A stretch of 64,000 nucleotides of DNA from contig OZ024756.1 in NCBI GenBank assembly GCA_964016885.1, positions 18,414,001 to 18,478,000 on the forward strand, in the 5' to 3' direction. The position numbers were made by a program, and so were the translations under genes. This document shows positions 50,200-63,880 of this stretch, piece by piece. How positions within the stretch are numbered: position 1 is the stretch's first letter; each line of letters starts with the position of its first letter. Below the pieces are notes generated by a model. That model saw nothing but the letters and a program-made list of their open reading frames with translations, was not told the origin of the DNA and ran no database searches. Source of the stretch: Eledone cirrhosa. Its lineage: Eukaryota.

Positions 50200-50780
50200 G
50201 TAGTAGTGGTAGTAGTGGTGGTATTGGTATTGGTGGTGGTTGTTGTAGTGGTGGTTGTTGTAGTGGTGGTTGTCGTAGTGGTGGTTGTGGTGGTGGTTGT
50301 GGTGGTGGTTGTCGTAGTGGTGGTTGTCGTAGTGGTGGTTGTGGTGGTGGTTGTAGTGGTGGTGGTGGTTGTGGTGTTAGTGGTGGTTGTACTAGTGGTG
50401 GTTGTAGTAGTAGTGGTGATGGTTGTAGTGGCGGTGGTTGTAGTGGCGGTTGTAGTAGTAGTGGTGGTTGTAGTAGTAGTAGTAGTGGTGGTGGTTGTAG
50501 CGGTGGTAGTGGTGGTTGTGGTAGCAGTGGTGGTGGTTGTATTAGTGGTGGTGTTAGTGGTATTGGTGGTGGTTGTAGTGGTGGTGGTTGAGTAGTGGCG
50601 GTAAGTAGTGGTGATGGTAGTGGTGGTGGTGGTTGTAGTGGTGATGGTTGTGGTGATGGTAGTGGTGGTGGTGGTTGTAGTGGTGATGGTTGTGGTGGTG
50701 GTAGTGGTGGTGATTGTAGTAGTGGTTGTAGCAGTGGTTGTGCTGGTAGTAGTAGTAATGTAGTAGTAGTAGTAGTAGTC
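50200..50780. repeat. (GTG/GTA/GTT)n triplet repeat
   Basis: Direct inspection. Confidence 0.95.
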
Positions 50781-51199
50781 AAACTTGAGAAAGCAGATGT
50801 CTGGTGAACGACGTTCCATTCCGTGACCATCCCGTCTCTCCAGAGCTCTGTAACAGATTGTATTGTGTATGCCGTCTGCTGTTTCCTTATGAAGGTCAGC
50901 AGTGTGAGATTTGGCTGCTATTTCTAACCGGTCAGGCGACCAGGTAGAGGATGAGGCCTAATTGAATGAAGGTGACGTGGTGTATAACTGGTATTTCATT
51001 TTAATGAGGCTACAGACTAATAAAGGTCTGTGTATATACCCAGAGAGAGAGAGAGACATATAGACAGACATACAGACAGACAGACTGGCGGACAGACAGA
51101 CATACAGACAGACAATATTTGAAGGTAAGGTATTCAGATGAACAGAAAGATGGAAGAAGAGAGGGTGGGAAGGAGAGATGGACAGATATGTTGTGCGTG

Positions 51200-51994
51200 A
51201 GAGAGAGGGAGAGAGGGGGAGAGAGACCCTCACACACAGATTTATAGAGGGAGAGAGTCAAGGGCCTGGGACTTACGCATCAACACACATGATAAACAGA
51301 TGGATAAATAGAGAGAGCGGGAGGGAGAGAGAGGGGGAGGGAGAGAGAGATGGGGGGAGGGGGAGAGGGGGAGAGAGCGGGAGGGAGAGAGAGAGAACGG
51401 CAGAGAGGGAGGGAGAGAGATAGAGAGACCCTCACACACAGATTTATAGAGGGAGAGAGTCAAGGACCTGGGACTTACGCATCAACGCAAATGATAAACA
51501 GATGGATAAATAGAGAGAGAGAGAGAACGGGAGGAAGCGAGAGAGAGAACGGGAGAGAGAGAGAGAGAGAGAACGGGAGAGAGAGAGCGGGAGGAAGCGA
51601 GAGAGAGAAGGAGAGAGAGAACGGGAGAGAGAGTGCGGGAGAGAGAGAGCGGGAGGAAGCGAGAGAGAGAACAGGAGAGAGAGAGAGTGCGAGAGAGAGA
51701 ACGGCAGAGAGAGAGAGGGAGGGAGAGAGAGAGAACGGGAGAGAGAGCGGGAGGAAGCGAGAGAGAGAACGGGAGAGAGAGAGTGCGGGAGAGAGAGAGT
51801 ACGAGAGAGAGGGAGAGAGAGAGAGAGAGAGGGAGCGAGAGAGGGAGCGAGAGAGAGAACGGGAGAGAGAGAGGGAGGGAGAGAGAGAGAAGGAGAGAGA
51901 GAGAACGGGAGAGAGAGAGCGGGAGGAAGCGAGAGAGAGAACGGGAGAGAGAGAGAGAGAGTGCGGGAGAGAGAGAGAGAGTGCGAGAGAGAGG

Positions 51995-52033
<39 letters not shown>

Positions 52034-52235
52034 CGAGAGAGAGTGCGGGAGAGAGAGTGTGAGAGAGAGAACGGGAGAGAGAGAGCGGGAGGAAGCGAGA
52101 GAGAGAACGGGAGAGAGAGAGAGTGCGGGAGAGAGAGAGAGTGCGAGAGAGAGAGAACGGCAGAGAGAGGAAGGGAGCGAGAGAGAGAGAGAGAGAGGGA
52201 GCGAGAGAGAGAGAACGGGAGAGAGAGAGAGAGTG
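51200..52235. repeat. (GA)-rich polypurine tract with an internal ~100-bp duplication
   Basis: gagaccctcacacacagatttatagagggagagagtcaagg...gataaacagatggataaat occurs at about 51223 and about 51425. Confidence 0.93.
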
Positions 52236-52381
52236 GAATGCCCGAGATTTCCGCATCAATACACACTTTATTTATTCACCACACAGATGTACCCCAGAAT
52301 AGAGAAAAATGGAAAGAAAAAAAGCGCTAGAAAGATGCAAACTAAGAAACGTATATCTATCTTCCTGTCTGCCTTTCTCTC

Positions 52382-52412
<31 letters not shown>

Positions 52413-52884
52413 TTATATATATATATATCGATAGATAGATAGATAAAGAGAGAGGGCGAGGGAGAGAGAGAGAGCTGGAAGAAGCGGTAAAAAAAACACA
52501 CACACAGAGTGAACGAATATAAATTTATATACACTCATATATATATACTTATATATATTCACAGAGTGAACGAATATAAATTTATATACACTCATGTATA
52601 TATATACTTAGAGAGAGGTAGACAAGTGAGGAAGATATACTCGTGTATAATATATATATATATATATATAAACACACACTAACTTACACTTTATATATGA
52701 AAGCGTATGTATGTATGTAGACATAAGACTATTGGAATTTACACAACATCAACTAGGTAGATATGTCTGTATACATGTATGTGTAGATATGGATGTTATT
52801 GTATGTGTGGATGTGTATGTTTTGAGTTGTATGTGTGCATGTGTATATGCTTTGTATCTGTACATGTGTATATGCAGTTATTAG

Positions 52885-53063
52885 ATGCAACATTTTTGGA
52901 ATGTTTTACATATTTTTACTGTTCCATTAATGGATTGTACTTGTAATTTCCTAACTAGTTGTGTTCTTTCTGTTCCTGTGAAGCCTAGCTTCTCAAGATT
53001 TGTATTGAGGCAGTTACTAACATACCCCAGTGCCCCAATAATCACAGGCATAAATCTGAAGGT
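52885..53063 (-). mobile_element. R4/Dong-like LINE 3' end
   Basis: FMPVIIGALGYVSNCLNTNLEKLGFTGTERTQLVRKLQVQSINGTVKICKTFQK. Confidence 0.75.
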
Positions 53064-54744
53064 TTATGTATGTATGTATGTATGTATGTATGTAGTCAGG
53101 TCACCAGTTGGTGCTACTGGTAACATGTATCCCAGTACAACCAGTCCCATGGTCGGGTCGTTGGCGACTAAACTGGCAACCCCACCAAGGTTTCTTGGTG
53201 AGGAGGGTGACTTTGGACATCCTGCAGGATTAAAAACACAACCTGTCAAAGGGCAAAGGAGCTCTTAAGAGTCAATGGCCATCCAAAATCACCGGGAGAG
53301 ATGACCCCTTAGCCTTTGTCCAGGCAGAATTCTAGAAGGAAAACTCTGATATAACACCTGCAACCCTGATGGTATCCAATGATGTTGACTTGTTCTTCTT
53401 TTTGGTAAATATCATCTTGGTTAAGAGAGTGGGACTGGCTTTGTGCAGTGCCTTTGCTCACTATAAAAGCTTCACGGCACAGGCATCGCTTTATATCTGG
53501 AGATCTCTCTGCACTTGTCGTCACATGGGACCATGGGCCCAGCACTATGTGTCAATAATAGTCACAAGTGTAGTGTTTGTACCAGAGTTTTTAAGTCGCT
53601 GGCTGGACTAAAAAGTCACACTCGTTCAGCGCATCGGTAGGGGTTCTCCTACATGGATATAAAGTAGTGGCCGTACTCGAAAACGAGTTGGCAGCCACCA
53701 TGTATGTATGTATATGTGTATGTATGTATATCTTTTCGGGTTATAGCTACTGTCGCTCAGAGAGTGGGATTGGCTCAGTGCACAGTCTTTCCTCACTTTA
53801 AAAAAAATCTTCACGCACAGGCACTGCAAAATAGAATTAATTAATAATTATTAATCGAGGTATATCGTGCAATGGCCATACTCAATAACGAGGGGGAGCC
53901 ATCATCATATGTATATAAACATATATATGTATGTTCCAAGTTATAGGCCACAGAATGACACCAAGGTAACTGAAATTATACACACGCAGTCATCTTTTCA
54001 AGCAAAGGGTTACAGTCTTTGTAACCCTTTCTCATTTTTATTCTTTTTAACCACTGATAGAGAAACCGCGAGGGAAGTGGCGTAGCTTCGTGACTACAGT
54101 GTTAGGCTCTGGATTATAAGGCTGGATTGTAAGTTTGATTCCAAGAGGATTGTGTCAACGAAAGAAGTGAGCTACTAGGAGAGGCTGAAGAAATTAAAGC
54201 TTTATTCCCTGGAACAGAGACAGGAGAGATACGCAGTGATATATATATGGAAGATCTTGATAGGGTTAGAGCCAAATTTCGGCGTTGAAGGTAGGACCAG
54301 CTCGTGAACAGGACAAAACTGTGTGGTGCCAAAGGTTCCATCCGTTCCATCGAGGATAAATAAGAACCACATACTGCAATAGTCTGAGGTTTAAGGGACC
54401 CCAGCTTTTTAATCAGTTGCCAATAAATCTCAAAGATCTACATGGTGTGTATGTAGATCTTTACAAAAGACATCTCGACATTCTACTGACCAAGATCCTG
54501 GATGAACAAACAGCATGAGTCGAACACAAACATAGAGGAGCAGCAACAAACTCCCTTTTGCATCAATGGTGAACCAAGGAAGGCTGGCTATATTCTTTAT
54601 ATATGTATACATATATTTATATATACATATTATATATGTGTAAATGAATGAAGTATTACCGTCGGAAAGGTACAGGAAAAAAAGAGTGCTCTATGTAGGC
54701 TACAGAGCTTATTAGTTATGTAATAAACAACATAAAATAATTAT

Positions 54745-54805
54745 TTCATTTACCAGTGGTTTCTTGAAGGCAGATGTTGAGTCTGTCTTCAGTCGTCAGA
54801 ATGAA
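54745..54805 (-). ncRNA. Hammerhead ribozyme motif, family E
   Basis: UUCAUU-CUGACGA-cUGAAGaCAGA-cucaaca-UCUGcCUUCAa-GAAA-CCACUGG-UA^AAUGAA. The 3' half recurs in a small fold-back at 42339-42420. Confidence 0.65.
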
Positions 54806-54990
54806 TAAATAACATAGTGTTTTTATTAAATATGAATTTGAAAACAAAATTTAGGAAATATGAAAGTGAGGCTGAAAAAGAAAAACGGGCAAAAAGGAAA
54901 TAATAAAAATAAATTTGAAGACTAAAATCCAAAGAGGGCTCGATAAGGATAAATATATATCAAATATATAAGAACCGTAGAGCAAATATT

Positions 54991-55117
54991 TATTAAAATA
55001 ACAGATTAAAGTTTAAGCAAAGAATCGCTGCTTTCACCCTTAACGGGATCTTCAGAAGATCCCATTAAGGGTGAAAGCAGCGGTTCTTTGCTTAACCTTT
55101 AATCTGTTATTTTAATA
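54991..55117. mobile_element. Near-perfect 127-bp palindrome made of two hammerhead-bearing arms
   Basis: Centre at about 55054. The minus strand reads CUGAAGA-uCCC-guuaa-GGGu-GAAA-GCAG...UUGC-UU. Confidence 0.7.
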
Positions 55118-55237
55118 TATATATATATATTTTAATATATTAAAACATTTATACTCTGCTATGTATTGAGTACCTTACTTACTGTGGTTACCTCCGATTC
55201 AACCCGGAATAACTTATATATATATATATATTATATA

Positions 55238-55613
55238 ATGTAGGAGGTGAGTTTTATTGTAGTACAATAAAGCAATGCAGATATCGGATAATTAGCACTC
55301 TACAGTTTGTAGGACTGGAGTATAAATAATATATAAGATCAAAAGATGGTTAAAAGAGTTCCATGTATTTTATTATGCGCATTTCAAAAACAAATATCAT
55401 CATGAGATGACATTTGCGTTTTCGTCAGATAAAATAGGGAGACATGATATGTTGATTTAAAACTGCACTATTCACAAGTGTTTTTTAACCTTCATATCAT
55501 GTCTCCCTATTTTATCTGACGAAAACGCAAATGTCATCTCATGATGATATTTGTTTTTGAAATGCGCATAATAAAATACATGGAACTCTTTTAACCATCT
55601 TTTGATCTTATAT
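55238..55613. mobile_element. Family D fold-back element with complete hammerheads on both strands (55366-55436 -, 55508-55578 +)
   Basis: About 120-bp arms at 55331-55451 and 55493-55613; CUGACGA...GAAA-UGCGCA-UA; homologous to 27519-27782. Confidence 0.8.
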
Positions 55614-55679
55614 TATATATATATATATATATATAATATATATAATTGGTGTTGTATGCTTAAAGCGTCCGTATGAGCA

Positions 55680-55743
55680 CTCGATATATATATATTTATA
55701 TATATATATATATATTATATATTATATATATATATTTATATAT

Positions 55744-55792
<49 letters not shown>

Positions 55793-56113
55793 ATATTATA
55801 TTTATATATATTATATATTATATATATATTATATTTATATATATTATATATTATATATATATATATTACATTTATATATATATATTATATATATATTATA
55901 TATATATATATATTATATATATATTATATATATATATATTATATATATATATTATATATATATATTATATATATATTATATATATATTATATATATATAT
56001 ATTATATATATATTATATATATATTATATATATATTATATATATATTATATATATATATATTATATATATATATTATATATATATTATATATATATTATA
56101 TATATATTATATA

Positions 56114-56168
<55 letters not shown>

Positions 56169-56286
56169 ATATATTATATATATATATATATATTATATAT
56201 ATATATATATATTATATATATATATATTATATATATATATATATATTATATATATATATATATATTATATATATATATATTATATA

Positions 56287-56333
<47 letters not shown>

Positions 56334-57155
56334 ATATTATATATATATTATATATATATTATATATATATTATATATATATATATTATATATATATTATA
56401 TATATATATATTATATATATATTATATATATTATATATATATTATATATATTATATATATTATATATATATTATATATATTATATATATTATATATATAT
56501 TATATATATTATATATATTATATATATATTATATATATTATATATATATTATATATATATATTATATATATTATATATATATTATATATATTATATATAT
56601 TATATATATATTATATATATTATATATATATTATATATATTATATATATATTATATATATTATATATATATATTATATATATATTATATATATATATTAT
56701 ATATATATTATATATATATATTATATATATTATATATATATATTATATATATATATTATATATATTATATATATATATTATATATATATTATATATATAT
56801 ATATTATATATTATATATTTTATATATTATATATTATATATATTATATATTATATATATATTATATATTATATATATTATATATTATATATATATATTAT
56901 ATATATTATATTATATATATTATATATATATATTATATATATATATTATATATATTATATATATATATTATATTATATATATTATATATATATATTATAT
57001 ATATATATTATATATATTATATATATATATTATATATATATATTATATATATATATTATATATATATATTATATATATTATATTATATATATTATATATA
57101 TATATTATATATATATATTATATATATTATATATATATATTATATATATATATTA

Positions 57156-57189
<34 letters not shown>

Positions 57190-57190
57190 C
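55680..57190. repeat. 1.5-kb (TA)n/(TATTA) pure-AT microsatellite
   Basis: Direct inspection. Confidence 0.98.
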
Positions 57191-57359
57191 TATATCCAAC
57201 GAATTTAATCTAAATCAAAATTATGGGTGTCATGCCAGAACGACATGCGCCATATCACCCGCAAAATAAGCTCTAAGATTCTAACGAGTAGGTCCGAGCA
57301 TTTTATAATAACTAGAGATTGATTAACATATAAATAAACATGAATAATCACAGGAGATC

Positions 57360-57999
57360 ATTTTTACAAGTGTGTAACCACACATAGCTAGGTAGGTAAC
57401 TAAATAAAGTTGACCAGAACTTCAAAAATAGATACCTTATAATATGATTAATCTTTCCTGTATATATTCCATTAAAGAAATATATTTCACCAATTAATCA
57501 GATGGTAAACCACAGAAGTGGAGACTTGGATTTTCAACAAGGAAGATGTTCCAGCAATCCGTGTTTACACTTCAAGTTCAAATCAGCGACTGGCCAGTAC
57601 AACTAGAAACAGATATAGATATATAAATACGGCTCCTTAATTGTAGAGCTAACTCTGTTGAAAGGACTCGACTGCTGTTTCTAGTTGTCGATAATCCTAT
57701 TCACACCACTGGGACGAAGCTAATATGATGTGTGTATTTCTAGTAAATATAACACATGGTACTGGCCAGTCGCTGATTTGAACTTGAAGTGTAAACACGG
57801 ATTGCTGATACTTCTTCCTTGTTGAAAATCCAAGTCTCCACTTCTGTGGTTTACCATCTGATTAATTGGTGAAATATATTTCTTTAATGGAATATATACA
57901 GGGAAGATTAATCATATTATAAGGTATCTATTTTTGAAGTTCTGGTCAACTTTATTTAGTTACCTACTTAGCTATGTGTGGTTACACACTTGTAAAAAT
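57360..57999. mobile_element. Large fold-back element with 241-bp inverted arms and a 158-bp spacer
   Basis: 57360-57600 is the near-perfect reverse complement of 57759-57999. Confidence 0.85.
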
Positions 58000-58005
58000 T
58001 ATATT

Positions 58006-58196
58006 CAGAGTTGACACTGCATTCAGTGTTCCTGTGGGAGCCCCTACACAGATACACTAGAAATGGGAGACCGAGGTTGATATATATTGATGCCATAAGG
58101 ACAGACACAGGTCTCTTGGAGATGCAGCGATGATGAAGGACAGGGACCACTGGTGAGAACACGTCCATGGATCTCGGGAATTTTACCCGCCCTAGA
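58006..58196 (+). mobile_element. RTE/RTE-X LINE 3' fragment (same family as 14487-14745)
   Basis: ELTLHSVFLWEPLHRYTRNGRPRLIYIDAIRTDTGLLE, ending gatctcgggaattttacccgccctaga. Confidence 0.8.
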
Positions 58197-58624
58197 TATA
58201 TGTATATACATATATATAAAACTTTAACTTTGATAGGTTTTGGCCAGTAATAGCACCACCTGGCAACACACACACACACACACACACATACACCTATATA
58301 TATATATGTGTATATATGTATAAATGTATTGGCGTTAGGAAGGGCATTCAGCCGTAGAAACCAAGCCAAAATCAGTTTTGTGTGAGCGAATCACGTTGCC
58401 CCAATCTGATCCCTCACAAATGGACGGCGCGTCCAACCCATGCTAGCGTGGAAGATGGACGTTAAACGATGATGATGATGACATATACACATACATACAT
58501 ATGGATATGTATGTGAGTTTCTCTCTATCTCACTATATATATATATACATATATATATATACAGAAACAAGATGGCGTAGGACAGAACAAAGGAGAGGCA
58601 CAAAAACAAAGAAAAGAATCCCCA

Positions 58625-58667
58625 GTAACTGAAGAGGTCACAGAATGTGTGACGAAAGAACTTTGAC
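58625..58667 (+). ncRNA. Hammerhead-like motif
   Basis: guaa-CUGAAGA-g-GUCACA-gaaug-UGUGAC-GAAA-GAAC-UU-ugac; stem I weak. Confidence 0.45.
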
Positions 58668-59110
58668 AATATATAAACAACCATCTGGTTGTGGAACCAA
58701 CCAACCAACCGGAAATTTATAAATTCTTAAATTTATAAATTTATTATAATAAATTGAAGTGAAAGCGACTGGTGCCTGTGTTTCTTATTGGCAACATGAC
58801 CCTCCCAAAGTATAACAATATCGGTTTCAACACACGTTTTCAGATAAAGAATCTTGCTAAACAAATTCAGAAACGAAATATATATATATATATATATATT
58901 TTAAATAAATATGTTTTAACGGTCTATTCTCCGATTTTTTACTTTCCCACGTGCTTACGCTCTGCTAACTCTCTAGCCCACTAAATATTAACACTTCGAA
59001 TATTTAATACTGCCGGCACTAGTATCGAGCACTTTTGGCATACGCTACTTGGCAAATAACTATATGTATCACCTATCCCTCCTTTTTCTCTCTTTCTCGA
59101 TACGTAAATA

Positions 59111-59165
<55 letters not shown>

Positions 59166-59189
59166 TATATATATATTTCGTTTCTGAAT

Positions 59190-59452
59190 TTGTCCTTGGT
59201 ATGACATTAAACTACATCCAGTGGCACGGCTCCAGTTCGGGAGTTCAGGAGCTGTGGGGAATGTGGAGTTACCCCTTAGTTGTCATAACTCCCAGGTCTG
59301 CTCTGGCTCGAAGTAGTAGTACCTGTTAGGGCCCCATTTATGGGTTAAATAACTACCTTATTCGAGTGGCGCCGGTAAGGTATCGTCAGCCATTGAAAAG
59401 AAATATGGAGAGTCGATCTAACTTTTATCTCGGGAATTTTACCTCCCCTAGA
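59190..59452 (+). mobile_element. SINE-like repeat ending in the RTE-X 3' tail
   Basis: Ends atctcgggaattttacctcccctaga, matching the LINE tails at about 14500 and 58170. Confidence 0.55.
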
Positions 59453-60173
59453 ATATATATATATATATATATATATATATCATCATCATCAACATCATCA
59501 CGCTAGCATGGGTTGGACGGGTTTGTCCCACCTGAGGCAAGATTAGTCGGGTGACTGTGATGCTGTTGTTTTTTAGTCGCACACATCTGAAGCGACGTCA
59601 CATGTTCACCCGGCATTCCATTTGAAATACACCAAGACACTTGTTGACATGATTTGAACGTGAGGTCGCGTGTGTGTCACCACGTGTGTGTGTGTGTGTG
59701 TGTGTTATGTGTGATATGTCGATGATTAGCTATCTTCACCACTATCTCGTTGTTGTTGTTGTTGTTGTCGTTGTAGTTATTGATATTGTTGTTGTCAACA
59801 GGCAAGCACTGGTCCATCAGACTTTATCATGAAAAGGTGTTCCAGCTATGACCATCCCTTAGTAAAAGCCAGCTCTAGTAAAATTGACTGCAACTACATC
59901 ATAAACAACAACAACAACAACAACAGCAGCGACAGCATCAACAAAAACTACAATTCTTGAAAAGAGTCACCGTTTCAGATGCTTGTCTTTTATTGGAAGG
60001 TAGAAAGTGAGAGAGAGAGGAGAGAGAGAGAGGGAAAAAGAATCTGTATGTATGTAAAAAAAAACCCAGGTATATATATATATATACATGCATGCATACA
60101 TACATACATACATATATATATATATAGTATATGTTTGGTTATATTGGAGTTTACCAATATATATCCTGATATC

Positions 60174-60210
<37 letters not shown>

Positions 60211-60294
60211 AAAGTTATATTTAAATTGTTGGGTTACAACTAGTAAATATTTATAACTGATATAAAAGCACTCAACAAGTATTTGGAGTATATT

Positions 60295-60733
60295 TACGAT
60301 ATTAAATAAATGGAAACTATATTTATAAAACCATATTTATTTCATTATATATATTTCAGGGATATCATATTAACAATATGTTATGCCTTCTTCAGACAAA
60401 ATACAATATAGACAGTTTTATAGATAAATAGATTTGACATACCGTTCAACATCGACTTGTATTTGAAAAAGTTGATTTGGCAGATCAACTTTTTCAAATA
60501 CTTTTTCAAATCAACTTTTTCAAATCAACTTTTTCAAATCAACTTTTTCAAATCAACTTTTTCAAATACAAGTCGATGTTGAACGGTATGTCAAATCTAT
60601 TTATCTATAAAACTGTCTATATTGTATTTTGTCTGAAGAAGGCATAACATATTGTTAATATGATATCCCTGAAATATATATAATGAAATAAATATGGTTT
60701 TATAAATATAGTTTCCATTTATTTAATATCGTA
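60295..60733. mobile_element. Family C fold-back element with 185-bp arms and complete hammerheads on both strands (60340-60401 -, 60627-60688 +)
   Basis: Arms at 60295-60479 and 60549-60733; UUUGU-CUGAAGA-AGG...CCU-GAAA-UAUAUA-UA^AUGAA; the spacer is tandem tcaactttttcaaa. Confidence 0.85.
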
Positions 60734-60921
60734 TATATATATATATATATATATTGTTTTGGCTGTGCGGATGATATGTTTAACCATCATGTCAGAGTGT
60801 TTGGCCCTTAACGTATGTTGTAGCTCTGATTCATATGATTCATCGAGCGCTTGCCACACATATCGGACGTTGATTTTCGTTAATTCCTGAGCTGAAAACG
60901 ATTCTCGCTAATTTATATTTA

Positions 60922-60974
<53 letters not shown>

Positions 60975-61724
60975 TAAATCATGTCTTTAGAATCATCAGA
61001 TAAAATATATACTATTTCTTCTTCTAATTAGCATAATTAACCATACAAAAAATCAATTAGATCAAGCTATAAGAAGAAAGGCTCTTATGGAGAAATCTCC
61101 GACAAATAACCGAACGTAGCCTCTTCGCGGTGGCCCCAATCGAGTATTTATCCAACATTTCGACAGCATGTAGAAACTGACTATATATATATATATATAT
61201 ACATATATATAAAACAGAGATTTGTAGCTTGCTGGAAGCATTGTTGAATAGGAAACATAAATATAAATTTTGAAAACCAAACAATGCGTTAGAAAGAACA
61301 ATAAATCGCTAAGATAACAAGAGAATCTTACCATAGCAGTTTTAATGATCCCATTTGATAATGGGTTTAAAATCCCATTATCAAGGGAGAAACCCCACGA
61401 GGGACACATTGATCGGATAGACTTGCTTGTTTGGAGAGCAGATTTAAGTTAAATGAAATGAAAATATGTTAAAATTTCGAACGTCCACGTTGTGAAATGT
61501 ATGATATATGCATGTGTGCGCGCGAATGAAAGTGTGCTTAATGGGGGTGTTTGTATGTGTGTGCATGAATGTATATTTATGTAGTGAAAGGTGTGTGTGT
61601 GCGAATATGTAACTAATAAAATATTTGGGATCATTAAATTTGGTAAGGTAAGATTCTATTATTATCTTGGCGATTTAATGTTCGTTCTAACGCATTGTTT
61701 GGTTTTCAAAATTTAAATTTGTAT

Positions 61725-61762
<38 letters not shown>

Positions 61763-61995
61763 TATATATATATAAGCAAATATTGCACCAAGAAAAATAA
61801 AACGTCGGCGGGAAGAGATTAGGAATTTATTTGCTGTAACATATGTTTCTGTGTCAATTATAATTGTCTACATATGCTGACTACAATATATATTGTTCAA
61901 TCATATGCAATAGTTAATCATTTATTACACTTTCATCAGAAAGTCTATAGTAGTGGAATTCACAGCGAGGTAGAATTCAGTAATGAATGGGAGGG

Positions 61996-62039
61996 ATCGT
62001 CCTGATGAGAACCAGATAAGTTCTAAATTCATTGACGAT
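61996..62039 (+). ncRNA. Hammerhead with a single core mutation (G12U)
   Basis: AUCGUC-CUGAUGA-GAAC-cagauaa-GUUC-UAAA-UUCA-UU-GACGAU: 6-bp stem I, 4-bp stem II. Confidence 0.55.
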
Positions 62040-62204
62040 TGTCCCCCTTGCTTCTGCTGGACACCACCAGAGGGTGATAGCCCGGCGTTTTATGCATAGC
62101 GACGGCTTTCTAAATTTTTATCTATGAATATACCTTGTTTCTTTAGAAATACGAAATTATAATACATATCTATATACAGCTATGCCTGAAGCTAAATCCT
62201 AATT

Positions 62205-62208
62205 TTAT

Positions 62209-62252
<44 letters not shown>

Positions 62253-62345
62253 CTCTATAATATATATAGATGTATGCTTATCTATATATATAATATATAT
62301 AGATGTATGCTTATATATATATATATATATATATATAGATGTATG

Positions 62346-62381
<36 letters not shown>

Positions 62382-62389
62382 TGTATGCT

Positions 62390-62427
<38 letters not shown>

Positions 62428-62443
62428 GATGTATGCTTACATA

Positions 62444-62479
<36 letters not shown>

Positions 62480-62489
62480 GATGTATGCT

Positions 62490-62521
<32 letters not shown>

Positions 62522-62531
62522 GATGTATGCT

Positions 62532-62565
<34 letters not shown>

Positions 62566-62749
62566 GATGTATGCTTATATACATATATATATATATATAT
62601 ATACATAAATACATCATATATATACATACATACATACATAAATACATCATATGTATATATATATACACATACATACATAAATACATCATATGTATATATA
62701 TACATACATAAATACATCATATGTATATATATACATACATAAATACATC

Positions 62750-62796
<47 letters not shown>

Positions 62797-62907
62797 TATA
62801 CATACATAAATACATCATATGTATATATATATATATACACATACATAAATACATCATATATACACATACATAAATACATCATATATATACATACATATAT
62901 ATATATA

Positions 62908-62955
<48 letters not shown>

Positions 62956-62995
62956 TATTCATATATGTATATATATATATACACATATACATAAT

Positions 62996-63026
<31 letters not shown>

Positions 63027-63076
63027 CATATATATATATGATGTATTTATATATATATATATATATATATATGATG

Positions 63077-63123
<47 letters not shown>

Positions 63124-63145
63124 TATATATATATATATGTGTGTA
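62205..63145. repeat. (CT)n then (TA)n-based minisatellites (gatgtatgct(ta)n; acataaatacatc)
   Basis: Direct inspection. Confidence 0.93.
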
Positions 63146-63354
63146 CCCCCCTCCCCACATGTATGTATTATCTAGGTTTGTATATTTCCAACGACAACTC
63201 CATTAATGAACAGCCGTCCTCGCCAGACTCTCTATTATTAATGTCACCTCGCAATCAACACACATTGACAACACCTAACCTTGAAATAACCACAGACTGA
63301 CATAACCTGCTAACAGACTCTTCATTGGTGTAAGTCACATACCTGACATGCTGG

Positions 63355-63880
63355 GGTGGTGGTGGTGGTGGTGTGGTGGTGGTGTGGTGGTGGTGGTGTG
63401 GTGGTGGTGTGGTGGTAATGTGGTGGTGGTTGTGTGGTGGTGGTGGTGGTGGTAGTGTGGTGGTGGTGGTGGTAATGTGGTGGTGGTTGTGTGGTGGTAG
63501 TGTGGTGGTGTGGTGGTGGTGGTGGTAGTGTGGTGGTGGTGGTAGTGTGGTGGTGGTTGTGTGGTGGTGGTGGTAGTGTGGTGGAGTGGTGGTGGTGGTA
63601 GTGTGGTGGTGGTTGTGTGGTGGTGGTAGTGTGGTGGTGGTGGTAGTGTGGTGGTTGTGGTGGTGGTGGTAGTAGTGTGGTGGTGGTGGTGGTGATGGCG
63701 GGGCTAGTGTGGTGGCAGGCGTAGTGTGGGTGGTGGTAGTTCAGGTGGTGGTAGTGACGGGGGTAGTGTGGTGGTAGTGGTGGTGGTGGGGGTAGTGTGG
63801 TGGTGGTGGTGGTGGTGGGTGTGGTGGTGGTGGTAGTACTGGAGGTGGTGGTGGTGGTAGTGGAGGTGTGGTAGGGGGTG
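63355..63880. repeat. (GTG)n-rich repeat
   Basis: Direct inspection. Confidence 0.95.

Noticed and set aside
51350-52442. RE/ER-rich splicing-factor-like ORFs
   Set aside because: Translation of (GA)n.
53095-53400. ORF 52885-53268 or a LINE 5' UTR
   Set aside because: The ORF is antisense LINE plus microsatellite; the GC-richer part may be an RTE 5' UTR but I cannot support that without a search.
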